A stretch of DNA of 64,000 nucleotides from Dehalococcoidia bacterium (GCA_965243125.1 OZ251529.1:2578797-2642796); one strand, 5' to 3'. Counted from the stretch's first letter, positions 1 through 9,896 are shown. Notes: generated from the sequence alone by a model not told the origin. Program-made: numbers and translations.

Positions 1-280
1 CCTCGATGCGGCGCTCGTGCAGCTGCTCCAGGGTGTGAGTGGGCCGCAGCACGCGGTAGAGCACCCAGCCGGGCAGATTGAGCACCAGCACGATCAGCAC
101 GGCGACCGCCTGGGTGAAGGGGTCGTCGCTGCGCTGCCGAATGTCGCGGCTGGTCCAGACCAGCCCGGCCAGCCAGAAGGCGGCCAGATAGGCGCCGATC
201 ACCACCGCGATGATCAACCCGGTGTTCTCCGGGCTGCCGCCCGGCCAGGAAAGACCTACGAGGTCAGTCAGTCCCGTCAT
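1..280 (-). CDS. Partial CDS (N-terminal part; 3' end lies beyond the window start): small membrane protein, two predicted TM helices
   Basis: Not in the supplied ORF track because it runs off the window edge. Hand translation from the reverse-strand ATG at 280 gives MTGLTDLVGLSWPGGSPENTGLIIAVVIGAYLAAFWLAGLVWTSRDIRQRSDDPFTQAVAVLIVLVLNLPGWVLYRVLRP... It has two hydrophobic segments and GC-rich third positions. Confidence 0.5.
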   Translation of the reverse strand, partial: MTGLTDLVGLSWPGGSPENTGLIIAVVIGAYLAAFWLAGLVWTSRDIRQRSDDPFTQAVAVLIVLVLNLPGWVLYRVLRPTHTLEQLHERRIE

Positions 281-349
281 GCCAGCCTCGAGTCCCCGCC
301 TGGGCCACTATACCCCGGGAGTGCGCAGAGCGCACAAACAGGCTATCCT

Positions 350-2557
350 ATGCCAATGCCTCACGATGACCCCCTCGACCTGTCGGCTCTGAATCCGGAG
401 CAGTTCGCAGCTGTCACGCATGGCGCAGGCCCTCTTCTGATCGTGGCCGGCCCCGGCAGCGGCAAGACGCGCGTGATCACCCACCGCATCGCCTGGCTCG
501 TCCGCGACCAAGGTGTCGATCCGGGGCGCATCCTCGGAGTCACCTTCACCAATCGCGCAGCACGCGAGATGGTCTCACGCTTGAGAGATCTGATTGGCGG
601 CTTACAGGCCCGCCAACTGTGGGTGGGCACGTTCCATCAGCTCTGCGTTCGGATGCTGCGCATCCGACCCGAACTCGCGAAGATTCCAAACCGCTTCGTC
701 ATAGTAGACGAAAACGATCAACGGCAGATCGTGCGCCGGGTGACTACGGGCCTGCGACTCGATCCGCGCGTCTACCTACCAAAGGAAACCCAACGTGAAA
801 TCTCTTCACACAAGCGTGCCCGACTGACTCCAGCGCAGTTCGCTGACCAAACCCAGACCGAGTACGACATCGTCCTAGCGCGGATTTGGGAGGCTTACGA
901 AGCCGAAAAACACGCGGCTGGCGCACTGGACTTCGACGACATCCTAATCGTCGGATATCGCCTCCTCGCTGGACCCGCCTCGGCGCGCCTGTTCCACAAG
1001 AAGTTCCTGCATACTCTCGTCGACGAGTTCCAAGACGTGGACGACCTACAGTACGACTTGGTACGCGGGTGGTCAGAAGCCTCAGGCAACGTGGCCGTGG
1101 TCGGCGATCCTGATCAGGCCATCTACTCGTGGCGAGGAGCAGGCGCACACATCATCGACCGTTTTCGCGAGGATCATCCCGCACTCAGCGAAGTCGAACT
1201 GAACACGAACTACCGGTCCACTCAGGAAATTCTCGATGTCGCCAATGCGGTCATGCTCCCGACGCCCGGACGCAAGCCGCGCGAGTTGGTCGCAGTCGCT
1301 CCAAACGGCGACAAGCCGCGCCTCGAGCAACTGCTGAACGAGGGAGACGAGTCTCGTTTCGTCGTTGAGCAAATAACGACAGAAGAACGTCACGGAACGC
1401 ACCAGCCACGTGAAGTGCTGGTCCTCTACCGAACACACGCTCAATCGAGAACAGTTGAGGAAGCGCTCCTTCGCGAAAGCATCGGCTACCGAATCATCGG
1501 TGCTCCACGTTTCTATGAACGTGAGGAGATCCGGGACCTCATCGCTTACCTGCGGCTCATCTGGAACTCGGCCGATCAAGTCGCCTTTCTGCGTGTCGTG
1601 AACACGCCCCGGCGAGGAGTCGGCAAGAAGTCGCTGCTCGCCCTGACGCAATGGGCAGCGGAACACGATCGAAACCTGATTGAAGCTGCCATGTTTGCGG
1701 TGGACCGCGATGCGTCGAGCATCTCGCCTCCATCAGTAACGCGCAGGGCAGCCAATGGCCTACGCAGACTACTGGAGGTGCTCGACCGAGCACGAGAGAT
1801 CCAGCAAGAGCAGCCACTGGCCGCAGCACTCAAGTACGTAATCGAGGAGATCCAGATCCGCGAACACATCCGCCGTGTTCACCCAGAGGATGCGGAGGAT
1901 CGGTGGGAGAACATTCAGGAACTACTGATCGTTGCAGAGCGCTACAGCGACTTGCCGCCCAGTGCCGCTCTGGAGGCATTCCTGACCGACGTCGCCCTCT
2001 TTTCTGAAGTTCGCGAAAGCGAAGATGAGCACAACTGGGTAACTCTCGCGACCATCCACCGTGCTAAGGGACTCGAGTTTCCTGCGGTCTTCGTGATTGG
2101 CTGCGAAGACGGTTTGCTGCCGCACGCTCGCTCGATCTCGGAAGACAACACAGACCAAATCGAAGAAGAGCGACGACTGCTGTATGTGGCGATCACGCGC
2201 GCCGAGCGCTTCCTTTATCTGACTCACACTGTCACGCGTACGAACAGTGGGCCCGCACGCATTCGTGAGCTTTCAGCTTTTCTAACTGAAGTTCCTGATG
2301 CCTTGCTCAAAATCAGAGCGGTGGATCCTCAAAGCGGCAACCGCGGACGAGCTGCCGAGCGTGTGCCTCGGCTGAACGGAGCAGAGAGTAGCCCCGACAC
2401 TACCGTACCGGGCGATCGCGTTGAACATCAGACGTTCGGCAGAGGCACGGTGATCGATGTTCGGGATCGCAACGGCGACACCGAGATCACAGTGCAATTC
2501 GATACAGGAAACACTAAGCACTTGCGCGCTTCTCTCGCGCCGCTAGCGAAGCTTTAG
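350..2557 (+). CDS. UvrD/PcrA-family SF1 DNA helicase, paralog 1 (lower-GC copy)
   Basis: Part of ORF 17..2557. I start it at ATG 350 (MPMPHDDPLDLSALNPEQ), where helicase homology begins. Motifs seen: GPGSGKT (Walker A), VDEFQD, TIHRAKGLEF, YVAITRA, and a C-terminal Tudor-like tail GDRVEHQTFGRGTV. The upstream 111 codons are Arg/Pro/Gln-rich shadow sequence overlapping the divergent gene. Confidence 0.9.
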   Translation: MPMPHDDPLDLSALNPEQFAAVTHGAGPLLIVAGPGSGKTRVITHRIAWLVRDQGVDPGRILGVTFTNRAAREMVSRLRDLIGGLQARQLWVGTFHQLCVRMLRIRPELAKIPNRFVIVDENDQRQIVRRVTTGLRLDPRVYLPKETQREISSHKRARLTPAQFADQTQTEYDIVLARIWEAYEAEKHAAGALDFDDILIVGYRLLAGPASARLFHKKFLHTLVDEFQDVDDLQYDLVRGWSEASGNVAVVGDPDQAIYSWRGAGAHIIDRFREDHPALSEVELNTNYRSTQEILDVANAVMLPTPGRKPRELVAVAPNGDKPRLEQLLNEGDESRFVVEQITTEERHGTHQPREVLVLYRTHAQSRTVEEALLRESIGYRIIGAPRFYEREEIRDLIAYLRLIWNSADQVAFLRVVNTPRRGVGKKSLLALTQWAAEHDRNLIEAAMFAVDRDASSISPPSVTRRAANGLRRLLEVLDRAREIQQEQPLAAALKYVIEEIQIREHIRRVHPEDAEDRWENIQELLIVAERYSDLPPSAALEAFLTDVALFSEVRESEDEHNWVTLATIHRAKGLEFPAVFVIGCEDGLLPHARSISEDNTDQIEEERRLLYVAITRAERFLYLTHTVTRTNSGPARIRELSAFLTEVPDALLKIRAVDPQSGNRGRAAERVPRLNGAESSPDTTVPGDRVEHQTFGRGTVIDVRDRNGDTEITVQFDTGNTKHLRASLAPLAKL

Positions 2558-2566
2558 CTCCAGACG

Positions 2567-4780
2567 ATGACCGCTCATGCTCAGCTCGATCTTTTCCAGC
2601 TCAATCCCGCGCAGCGGGAGGCGGTCACGCACGGCGACGGCGCGCTGCTGATTGTGGCGGGGCCGGGCAGCGGCAAGACGCGGGTGATCACGCAGCGGAT
2701 CGCCTGGTTGGTGCGCGAGCAGGGGGTCGCGCCGTGGCGAATCCTGGCGGTGACGTTCACCAACAAGGCGGCGCGGGAGATGCGCGAGCGGCTGGTGGGA
2801 CTGCTCGACGACGATGCGGACAAGCTCTGGCTGGGCACCTTTCACCGCATCTGCGTGCGAATGCTGCGCGCGCACGGTGAGCATGTCGACGTGCCGCCGG
2901 GCTTTGCGATTTTCGACGACGATGATCAGATGCGGCTGGTGCAGCGCTCGATCAAGGAACTCAATCTTGATCCGCGCAACTTCGGCACGCGGCAGGTGCT
3001 CAGCCGCATTTCGCGCCAGAAGAGCGAGGGCGTTTCGCTCGCTGATGCGGCCGGAGGCAGCGGCAGCTATTTCGACGAGGTGGTGGTGCGGGTGTGGGAG
3101 CTGTACCGCGACGGGATGCGCGAGGCGCAGGCGCTCGATTTCGACGATCTGCTGAACCGCACGCTCGCGCTGTTTGAGGTGCGGGAGGTCGCGGAGCTTT
3201 ATCAGCAGCGCTTTCGCCACACGCTGATCGACGAGTTCCAGGACACGAGCGTGATCCAGTACGACCTGGCGCGGGCCTGGTCGGCGGGCACGGGGAATCT
3301 GACGGTGGTGGGCGATCCGGATCAGTCGATCTACTCCTGGCGGGCGGCCGATGTGCGCAATTTGCGGCGCTTCATCGCGCACCATCCCGACGCGACGGAG
3401 GTGCAGCTGAATCAAAATTACCGCTCGAGTCAGCAGATTCTGGATGTGGCGAACGCAGTCATCGCGCCGGCGCGGGAGCGGATTCGGCGGACGCTGACCA
3501 GCGAGCGGGCGGAGGGCGCGCGGCCGCGGCTGCACGAGGCGTACAGCGAGGGCGACGAGGCGGAGTACATCACGCGCACCGTGTGGGAAGGGATGCGCGA
3601 GGGGCGGCTGCGGGCGGGCGACGCGGCAGTGCTCTACCGCACCAACGCGCAATCGCGCGCGATTGAAGAGGCGCTGATGGGGCGCGGCATCCCTTATCGG
3701 CTGATCGGCGCGACGCGCTTCTACGATCGGCGCGAAATCCGCGATCTGGTGGCCTACCTGCGGCTGGCGCGCAATCCCTACGACCGGCTGGCGTTCGAGC
3801 GGGTGGTCAATGCGCCGCGGCGCGGGGTGGGCGCGAAGACGCTGACCGCGCTGACCGACTGGGCGTCGGTACACGCGCAATCGCTGCTCGACGCGGCGGC
3901 CGCGGCGGGCGGCGTGGCCGATCTGGGCGTGGCGCCGCCGCGCGTCTCGAAAGGGGCGGCGAAGGGTCTGGCGCGCTTCGCGCAGACCGTGCAGCGCGCG
4001 CGCGCGACGGCCGCCGAAGCGCCGCTGACCGACGCGCTGCGGCTGATTCTGCTCGAAACCGACTTCCGCGAGTGGCTGGAGCGGCAGTCGGAGGAGGACG
4101 CGGAAGAACGCTGGGAGAACGTGCAGGAGTTGGTGACCGTGGCGGAGCGCTACGCGCCAATCGCGCCCGGTGCGGCGCTGGACGCCTTCCTGGAGGATGT
4201 GGCGCTGGTCTCCGATGTGGACGATCTGCCGGACGGCCCGCCCGACGCGGTGACGCTGATCACGCTGCATCAGGCGAAGGGGCTGGAGTTTCCGGTGGTG
4301 TTCATGGCGGGGCTGGAGGAGAATCTGCTGCCGCACCAGCTGTCGCTCGACGATCCGGCCAGCCTGGAGGAGGAGCGGCGCCTCTGTTATGTCGGGATCA
4401 CGCGCGCGGAGCGGGAGTTGCACCTGCTGCACTCGGTGCGGCGCGCCTATCAGGGGCGCAGCGGGCACAACCCGCCTTCGCGCTTTCTGAACGACATTGA
4501 TCCGGCGCTGCTGCGGACGGAGCGCAGCACGGCTCCGGTGGGGGCGGATGTGCGCCCGGCCGCGAATCGCTGGGCGTCGTGGGAGGATTTCGACGAGGCG
4601 CAGCCGGAGCCGGAGCAGATCAGCCTGAATCCGGGCGATCGGGTGCATCACCCCGCGTTCGGCGAGGGGGTAGTGCTCGTCGTGAATGCATCGGGCTTCG
4701 ACATCGAGATCACGGTGCGGTTCGCCGACGCGGGGGAGAAGACGCTGGCGGCGTCAATGGCGCAGCTGAGCAAGGTTTGA
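2567..4780 (+). CDS. UvrD/PcrA-family SF1 DNA helicase, paralog 2 (genome-typical GC)
   Basis: 737-aa ORF. Motifs seen: GPGSGKT, IDEFQD, TLHQAKGLEF, YVGITRA, and a C-terminal GDRVHHPAFGEGVV Tudor-like tail. It aligns collinearly with the upstream paralog. Confidence 0.93.
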   Translation: MTAHAQLDLFQLNPAQREAVTHGDGALLIVAGPGSGKTRVITQRIAWLVREQGVAPWRILAVTFTNKAAREMRERLVGLLDDDADKLWLGTFHRICVRMLRAHGEHVDVPPGFAIFDDDDQMRLVQRSIKELNLDPRNFGTRQVLSRISRQKSEGVSLADAAGGSGSYFDEVVVRVWELYRDGMREAQALDFDDLLNRTLALFEVREVAELYQQRFRHTLIDEFQDTSVIQYDLARAWSAGTGNLTVVGDPDQSIYSWRAADVRNLRRFIAHHPDATEVQLNQNYRSSQQILDVANAVIAPARERIRRTLTSERAEGARPRLHEAYSEGDEAEYITRTVWEGMREGRLRAGDAAVLYRTNAQSRAIEEALMGRGIPYRLIGATRFYDRREIRDLVAYLRLARNPYDRLAFERVVNAPRRGVGAKTLTALTDWASVHAQSLLDAAAAAGGVADLGVAPPRVSKGAAKGLARFAQTVQRARATAAEAPLTDALRLILLETDFREWLERQSEEDAEERWENVQELVTVAERYAPIAPGAALDAFLEDVALVSDVDDLPDGPPDAVTLITLHQAKGLEFPVVFMAGLEENLLPHQLSLDDPASLEEERRLCYVGITRAERELHLLHSVRRAYQGRSGHNPPSRFLNDIDPALLRTERSTAPVGADVRPAANRWASWEDFDEAQPEPEQISLNPGDRVHHPAFGEGVVLVVNASGFDIEITVRFADAGEKTLAASMAQLSKV

Positions 4781-4789
4781 GCGGAGAGG

Positions 4790-4865
4790 GGCTGTGCTCG
4801 GTACGCCGGGCCGACCCCCCAGTCCGCTACGCGGACAGCCCCCCTGCATAGGGGGCGATTGGGAG
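4790..4865. repeat. Mosaic GC-rich hairpin repeat (family 2), short copy
   Basis: Reads gtgctcgg..gccgaccccccagtccgctacgcggacagcccccctgcatagggggcgatt. The same modules recur at more than 10 other sites in the window. Confidence 0.85.
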
Positions 4866-4936
4866 GGACAGCTGCGTTTAGGGTGTTGAGGCGTATCCTC
4901 AGTTATGGTGAGTCGAGCGTTTTCGAGGAGCTGGCG

Positions 4937-7315
4937 ATGCGTGCTTTCGCTTCCACTGCCGCACAGGGTTTGCGCCTTCGGCTGCTTGCGCTCACGGCGC
5001 TGGCGGCGCTGCTGACTGCGGCGTTCGTTTCGCTGACACCCGTACAGGCGCAGACACCGCCGGATGATCTGGAGATCGCGCTCAGCCTGGCCGGCGACAC
5101 CGGCGAGGTTGCGCCCGGCTCAACGATCCAGGTGCGGCTCGAGCTGAGCTACGGCGGCGAAAGGCGCGCGGCCGGCCTGGCCGTCTCGGGCGGGGCACTG
5201 AGCGCGTCCGACGGCTACCGCTGGGCGAACGGCGACGGCAGCGTGACCATCCCCAGCCAACCGACGGGCGTGGTCGATCGGAGCACGGCGGCGATCGCGC
5301 CGCGCGGCGCGGCGGGGCAAGCGCTGGCGATGGACGACGCGCGCGGGCGCTTCCATGCCTCGGCCTGGGACGGGCGCACGCTCGCCGCCCGCGTTTTGCC
5401 TACGACCGGGGTCGATCCGCACATCCTGATCTACGACACCTCCACTTCTCCCGCGACCTACCGCGCGAGCGTGGCGAACCCGATCGCCGACCGCAACAGC
5501 AGCGCGGACCGGTTCGGCACCGGACACAATGACGTACTCTCGCCCGACCTCGCCGCGCTCGCCATCTGGCAGGAAGACGCCGACACGGCCTGGCTGTTCG
5601 TCGGCGCGGAAGCGGCGCGGGACGAGGGGTTGGCAGCCATCGGCGCGCTGTACATCTACGAACTGAGCTACGCCGCCAACGGCGCGCTGAGCATCGGCGC
5701 GCCGCACACGCTCCAGCCGCCGGCCAGCGAATACTCGAATCGCATGTCGGGCAACGCGGCCCGCTACGGCTCGAATGTCGCCATCTCGGCCGACGGCTCG
5801 ACGCTGGTCGTGGGCGCGCGGCGGATGAACCACGTGGGCGCGCTCTACGTCTACACCCGGCCGTCGGCCGGCTGGAGCGCGCTCGACTACGCGAGCGGCG
5901 TCAAAGTCACGCCGGTCGCCGTTCCCTCCTGGGGCGCAGCCGAGACCCGCCCGTTCGATCCCGCCGTCGCCGCCGAGTGCAACACCTACTGCCGCCGCGT
6001 GACCGCCAACGTGACCGGACCGCTGCCCGACACCCATCCGATTGAAGGCACCCGCTTCGGGGTGGGCAAGCTGGGCATTTCCGCCGACGGCACGACGATC
6101 GCCGTGGGCGCGCACACGAAGGTCTACCCGGACGACACGCCCGCAGGACGCTTCAGCGGGGGCGTGCAGCGCGGCGAGGTCTTCATCTTCAGCGCCCCGG
6201 CGGGCGGTTGGGGCAACGCGCGCGCCGTCTCGGGGACGGAGATTTGGGCCGGCGAGGACGCTTCCGCGTTCGACCCCGCGCTCCACTATTCGCCCGGCCC
6301 CAATCGGCGGGTAACCGCCCCAACCGCGAAGCTGCGCCCCTCGCCGTGGGCCGGCGCGGCGGCCGAGAACTTCGGCTCGGCGGTCGACATTTCCGCAGAC
6401 GGATCGGTCGTCGCGGTCGCGTCGGGCACACCGCGCCCGCTCAATACGCACGAGCCGATCGACCACTCGGCGGCATACATCTTCGAGCGCCGCGGCCGCG
6501 CCTGGTCCGACAGCGCCGCGCCGGCCGCCGCGTTCACACTCGACGCGGCCGCCCGCTCCTGGGGCGCGTGGGGAATGGAGCTGAACGCGGCCGGCGACAC
6601 GTTGCTGATCGGCCAGCGCGTTTGGCGCTACGACCAGGGGCGGACGATCGTGATCGAGCGTGCGGCCGGCGGCTGGGCGGATGTGTCCGCGGGGCTCGGG
6701 GACAACAGCGCGCTGCCGCCGACATCGTCGCTCGGGCAGATTACGCTGCCGTTCAGGGATTCCAACTCGGCCAAAGAGTTCGGCGCTCCGCTCTACCAGC
6801 TGAATGGGGGCGGGTTGGCGATCTCGGCCACCGGGAATCAATTCCCCTACGACCACCCCGGCGAAATCTGGCTCTACCGGAACGCCGATGACCGCTGTGT
6901 GACGTTTACGGGGGACGGCGACGAAGGGTCCGCCACTGTCTGTGCGATCGCCTTCGACAACGGGCGGATCACGATTCCGGCCGACGCCGCCGGCTCCTTC
7001 ACCGTTTCCGCTGAACTGAGCGTCGGCGGACAAACGCTGAGCGACACGCTGACGGTCTCGGTCGCCGCCGCTGTCGCCGAGGACGACCCGGCGGCGGCGC
7101 TGAGCAGCCGCGCGCCGAACGCGCTGAGCATGTGGCAAGGCGAGGGCGGCACGACAGCGGCGGCGCTGCTGGAGGCGCTGGGGGGCGAGATCAGCGCGAT
7201 TCTGCTCTGGCAGGACGGCCGCTGGGCGGCCTACGGGCTGGCCGACGGGGACAGGATTCCCGGCTCGACGGATTTCGCGATTCGGCCGAATGCGACGCTC
7301 TGGTTGGGCGGGTAG
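4937..7315 (+). CDS. Secreted FG-GAP/integrin-alpha-like beta-propeller repeat protein with a shared C-terminal module
   Basis: Start set at ATG 4937 (MRAFASTAAQGLRLRLLALTALAALLTAAFVSLTPVQAQ, a signal peptide). It has repeated blades: ISADGSTLVVGA..GALYVY, ISADGTTIAVGA..GEVFIF, ISADGSVVAVAS..AAYIFE. The C-terminus ILLWQDGRWAAYGL..GSTDFAIRPNATLWLGG matches four other proteins in the window. Confidence 0.8.
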   Translation: MRAFASTAAQGLRLRLLALTALAALLTAAFVSLTPVQAQTPPDDLEIALSLAGDTGEVAPGSTIQVRLELSYGGERRAAGLAVSGGALSASDGYRWANGDGSVTIPSQPTGVVDRSTAAIAPRGAAGQALAMDDARGRFHASAWDGRTLAARVLPTTGVDPHILIYDTSTSPATYRASVANPIADRNSSADRFGTGHNDVLSPDLAALAIWQEDADTAWLFVGAEAARDEGLAAIGALYIYELSYAANGALSIGAPHTLQPPASEYSNRMSGNAARYGSNVAISADGSTLVVGARRMNHVGALYVYTRPSAGWSALDYASGVKVTPVAVPSWGAAETRPFDPAVAAECNTYCRRVTANVTGPLPDTHPIEGTRFGVGKLGISADGTTIAVGAHTKVYPDDTPAGRFSGGVQRGEVFIFSAPAGGWGNARAVSGTEIWAGEDASAFDPALHYSPGPNRRVTAPTAKLRPSPWAGAAAENFGSAVDISADGSVVAVASGTPRPLNTHEPIDHSAAYIFERRGRAWSDSAAPAAAFTLDAAARSWGAWGMELNAAGDTLLIGQRVWRYDQGRTIVIERAAGGWADVSAGLGDNSALPPTSSLGQITLPFRDSNSAKEFGAPLYQLNGGGLAISATGNQFPYDHPGEIWLYRNADDRCVTFTGDGDEGSATVCAIAFDNGRITIPADAAGSFTVSAELSVGGQTLSDTLTVSVAAAVAEDDPAAALSSRAPNALSMWQGEGGTTAAALLEALGGEISAILLWQDGRWAAYGLADGDRIPGSTDFAIRPNATLWLGG

Positions 7316-7329
7316 GAGGACGGCCCGCT

Positions 7330-7472
7330 CCCAAATCGCCCTCCTACGCAGGGGGCGGGACGGACTCTGTGCTGTGTTCGGGGCGCCGGACCGACCCCCC
7401 AGTCCGCTTGCGCAGACAGCCCCCCTGCATAGGAGGGCGATTCCAGAGGGGCGATTCCGAGGGCACTAGACT
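7330..7472. repeat. Mosaic GC-rich hairpin repeat (family 2)
   Basis: Reads aatcgccctcctacgcaggggg...ggcgccggaccgaccccccagtccgcttgcgcagacagcccccctgcataggagggcgattcc, the same module order as the other copies. Confidence 0.85.
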
Positions 7473-7507
7473 GGCGGAGCGCATGATCGGCGCAGGGGGG
7501 TGCTTGG

Positions 7508-8128
7508 ATGGCTGCCACGAACGACATCTACGAGGCGATGCAGACGCAGCGCGCAGTGCGGCGCTGGACGGATCAGCCGGTCCCCGACGAGGTGATCGAG
7601 CGCATCATCCGCGCAGCGACCTGGGCGCCCTCCGGCAGCAATCTCCAGCCCTGGGGGTTCGTCGTTATCCGCGACGCCGAGCGGCGCGAGCTGATCGCGG
7701 AGGCGATCCGCGAGTCGTTCAAGCAGTTCGCGGGGCGGCTGCCGGATCCGGAATCGATTGAAGACCCAACCCAGCGCCGCATGATCCGCGGCGCAGTTGG
7801 CCTCTTCGCCAACTTCGCCGCCGCCCCCGTGCTCATCATCCCCTGCCTCATCGCAGCCCAGTCGCCCGCCCCGACCGGGCTGCTGGCGGGCAGCTCGATC
7901 TACCCCAGCATCCAAAACCTGATGCTGGCGGCGCGGGCGGAGGGTCTGGGCACGGTGCTGACCACCCCGCAGGACGGGATCATGGAAACGCTCCGCTCCG
8001 AAATCGGCATTCCGGAAGAGGCGCTGCCGGTCGCGATCATTCCGATGGGCTGGCCCGCCGCCAACTTCGGCCCGGTGACGCGCAAGCCGCTCGAGGAATT
8101 CCTCCACTGGGAGCGCTGGAACGCCTGA
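7508..8128 (+). CDS. Nitroreductase family protein
   Basis: 206-aa ORF. RAVRRWTDQPVPDEVIERIIRAATWAPSGSNLQPWGFVVI is typical of the nitroreductase fold. Confidence 0.8.
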   Translation: MAATNDIYEAMQTQRAVRRWTDQPVPDEVIERIIRAATWAPSGSNLQPWGFVVIRDAERRELIAEAIRESFKQFAGRLPDPESIEDPTQRRMIRGAVGLFANFAAAPVLIIPCLIAAQSPAPTGLLAGSSIYPSIQNLMLAARAEGLGTVLTTPQDGIMETLRSEIGIPEEALPVAIIPMGWPAANFGPVTRKPLEEFLHWERWNA

Positions 8129-8844
8129 TGCCCAACCGCCTGCGCTTCTCCGCTACCGCCGCCTACCGACACCTGCGCAAAGTCGATCCCGTGATCGGGC
8201 GGCTGATCGACGAGGTCGGCCCCTACCAACCGCGGCCCGGCGACGACCCCTACGGCCAACTCATCCGCACCTTGCTCTTTCAGCAACTCGCCGGGCCGGC
8301 CGCATCGGCCATCATGCGGCGCTGGTACGGCTCCTACGGCGATGAGTCGCGCACGCCCACGCCGGAGCAGATTTTTGCGACGAGCGACGAAGACTTCCGC
8401 GCCTGCGGCATCTCCCGCCAGAAAATGGGCTACCTGCGCGATCTGGCGGCGCACGCGGCGGACGGACGGCTGCCGTTCGACCGCCTCGACGAAATGAGCG
8501 ACGCGGAGGTACAGGAGGCGCTGACGGCGGTCAAAGGCGTCGGCGAGTGGACGGCCCACATGATGCTCATGTTCCACCTCGGCCGCCCCGACGTGCTGCC
8601 GGTGGGCGATCTGGGCGTGCGCAACGGAATGAAGGTGGCCTACGGGCTGGCCGAGCAGCCGACGCCGAAAGAGGCGCTGGCAATCGGCGCAAAGTGGTCG
8701 CCCTACGCCTCGGTCGCCTCCTGGTACATGTGGCAAATTCTGGAAGTCGTCACGCCCGAGGCGGTGAACCTGCAATCCGATGGGCAAGCCGGCAAGTCGG
8801 CCGACAAGAAGAAGGGACTGTGGGATGACTTCGAGGAATCGTGA
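8128..8844 (+). CDS. HhH-GPD DNA glycosylase (DNA-3-methyladenine glycosylase II / AlkA-like)
   Basis: 238 aa. It has a helix-hairpin-helix segment LTAVKGVGEWTAHMMLMF followed by PDVLPVGDLGVR (catalytic Asp context). The start overlaps the upstream stop (TGATG). Confidence 0.75.
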   Translation: MPNRLRFSATAAYRHLRKVDPVIGRLIDEVGPYQPRPGDDPYGQLIRTLLFQQLAGPAASAIMRRWYGSYGDESRTPTPEQIFATSDEDFRACGISRQKMGYLRDLAAHAADGRLPFDRLDEMSDAEVQEALTAVKGVGEWTAHMMLMFHLGRPDVLPVGDLGVRNGMKVAYGLAEQPTPKEALAIGAKWSPYASVASWYMWQILEVVTPEAVNLQSDGQAGKSADKKKGLWDDFEES

Positions 8845-9751
8845 GGGGCTGATCGGCTTCATCGGGACGGGCAACATCGGCAATCCGATGGCGCGCCAGA
8901 TGATCGCCGCCGGCCACCAGCTGCTGATCTTCGACCTGCGCCCCGAAACGATGGAAAACCTGCTCGAACTGGGCGCCGACGCCGGCGCGAGCGCGGCCGA
9001 TGTGGCGTCGCGCTGCTCGGTCGTCTTCACCTCCCTGCCCGGACCGGTCGAAGTCGAGGCCGTCGTCGCCGACGGCATCCTGGCCGGCGCGCAGCAGGGC
9101 GACATTCACGTCGACCTGAGCAGCAATTCGGTGACCGCGGTGCGGCGGATCGAGGCGCTCGAAGCCGCGCGCGGAGTGTCATACATCGATGCGCCGGTGA
9201 CGGGCGGCGTGCCCGGCGCGGAAGCCGGCACGCTGACCGTCCTGGGCAGCGGCGACGCGGACGCCTTCGAGCGCGTCCGCCCCTACCTCGACGCGATCGG
9301 CGCGAACATCTTTCACCTCGGTGAGGCGGGCGTGGGCTGTCTGGTCAAGTCGATCAACAACATGATCGTGCTCTGCGGCACGCACATCGTGCAGGAGGCG
9401 TTTGTGCTCGGCGCAAAGGCGGGGCTGGAGCCGGGCGCGCTGCTGGAGCAGTTGCGGCTGGGCACGGCCCGCCCCTATCTCGGCCTTGCGCCGTATCTGC
9501 TGGGGCGTCGGTTCGAGGATCCGTCGTTCACGCTGCGGCTGGCGGAGAAGGATGTGTCGCTGGCGCTGGAGGCGGCGCGGGCGCATCAGGTGCCGATGCC
9601 GGTCACCAACGCCGCGCACCAGACATACCTGCGAGCGCTGGCCGCCGATTTGGGCGAACAGTCCTTCCTGGCCACGCTCCAGGCGCTGGAAGCCGGCGCG
9701 GGCATCGAGGTGCCGGAGGTGCAAATCGGCGAGGGGCGCTCGGCGCTGTAG
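8825..9751 (+). CDS. NAD(P)-dependent oxidoreductase, 3-hydroxyisobutyrate/6-phosphogluconate dehydrogenase family
   Basis: Start set at ATG 8825. It has the Rossmann motif IGFIGTGNIGNPMARQM and family-typical central and C-terminal regions (DAPVTGG, GAGCLVKSINN). Confidence 0.8.
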   Translation: MTSRNREGLIGFIGTGNIGNPMARQMIAAGHQLLIFDLRPETMENLLELGADAGASAADVASRCSVVFTSLPGPVEVEAVVADGILAGAQQGDIHVDLSSNSVTAVRRIEALEAARGVSYIDAPVTGGVPGAEAGTLTVLGSGDADAFERVRPYLDAIGANIFHLGEAGVGCLVKSINNMIVLCGTHIVQEAFVLGAKAGLEPGALLEQLRLGTARPYLGLAPYLLGRRFEDPSFTLRLAEKDVSLALEAARAHQVPMPVTNAAHQTYLRALAADLGEQSFLATLQALEAGAGIEVPEVQIGEGRSAL

Positions 9752-9782
9752 GGGTTTCACGCCCGCCCTACCGTTCAGACCC

Positions 9783-9896
9783 GCACTCCACAACTCCCTC
9801 ATACTCGCGCTCCCTACCTCCGTCACACCCGCACTCCCTACCTCCGTCATACCCGCACTCCCTACCTCCGTCATACCCGCGCTTGCCGCGGGTATC
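9783..9896. repeat. 24-bp tandem half-site array ending in a GTCATACCCGCG..CGCGGGTAT palindrome (family P variant)
   Basis: Units of acccgcactccctacctccgtcat start at 9827 and 9851, with degenerate copies upstream. The array ends in the hairpin atacccgcg-cttgc-cgcgggtat. Confidence 0.85.

Noticed and set aside
17-349. N-terminal extensions of track ORFs. These cover 17-349 of uvrD1, 22310-22423, 23515-24045, 17503-17766, 28931-29017, 30568-30705, 34260-34901, 56577-56993, 58174-58359, 47103-47228 and 11688-11873
   Set aside because: The extensions are Arg/Pro-rich, overlap neighbouring genes or repeats, and family homology begins at an internal ATG or GTG that often overlaps the upstream stop. 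I trimmed to those starts.
2543-4651. 702-aa minus-strand ORF. The same class includes 5120..7138 -, 20906..22267 +, 27278..29197 +, 34352..36181 +, 36984..38111 -, 37721..39271 +, 47480..49321 +, 48024..50162 -, 50122..51726 +, 53216..55315 +, 54765..56594 +, 60125..62500 + and 9902..11347 +
   Set aside because: All are antisense or off-frame to genes with clear family motifs and have Arg/Pro/Ala-rich shadow composition. None has a recognisable domain.
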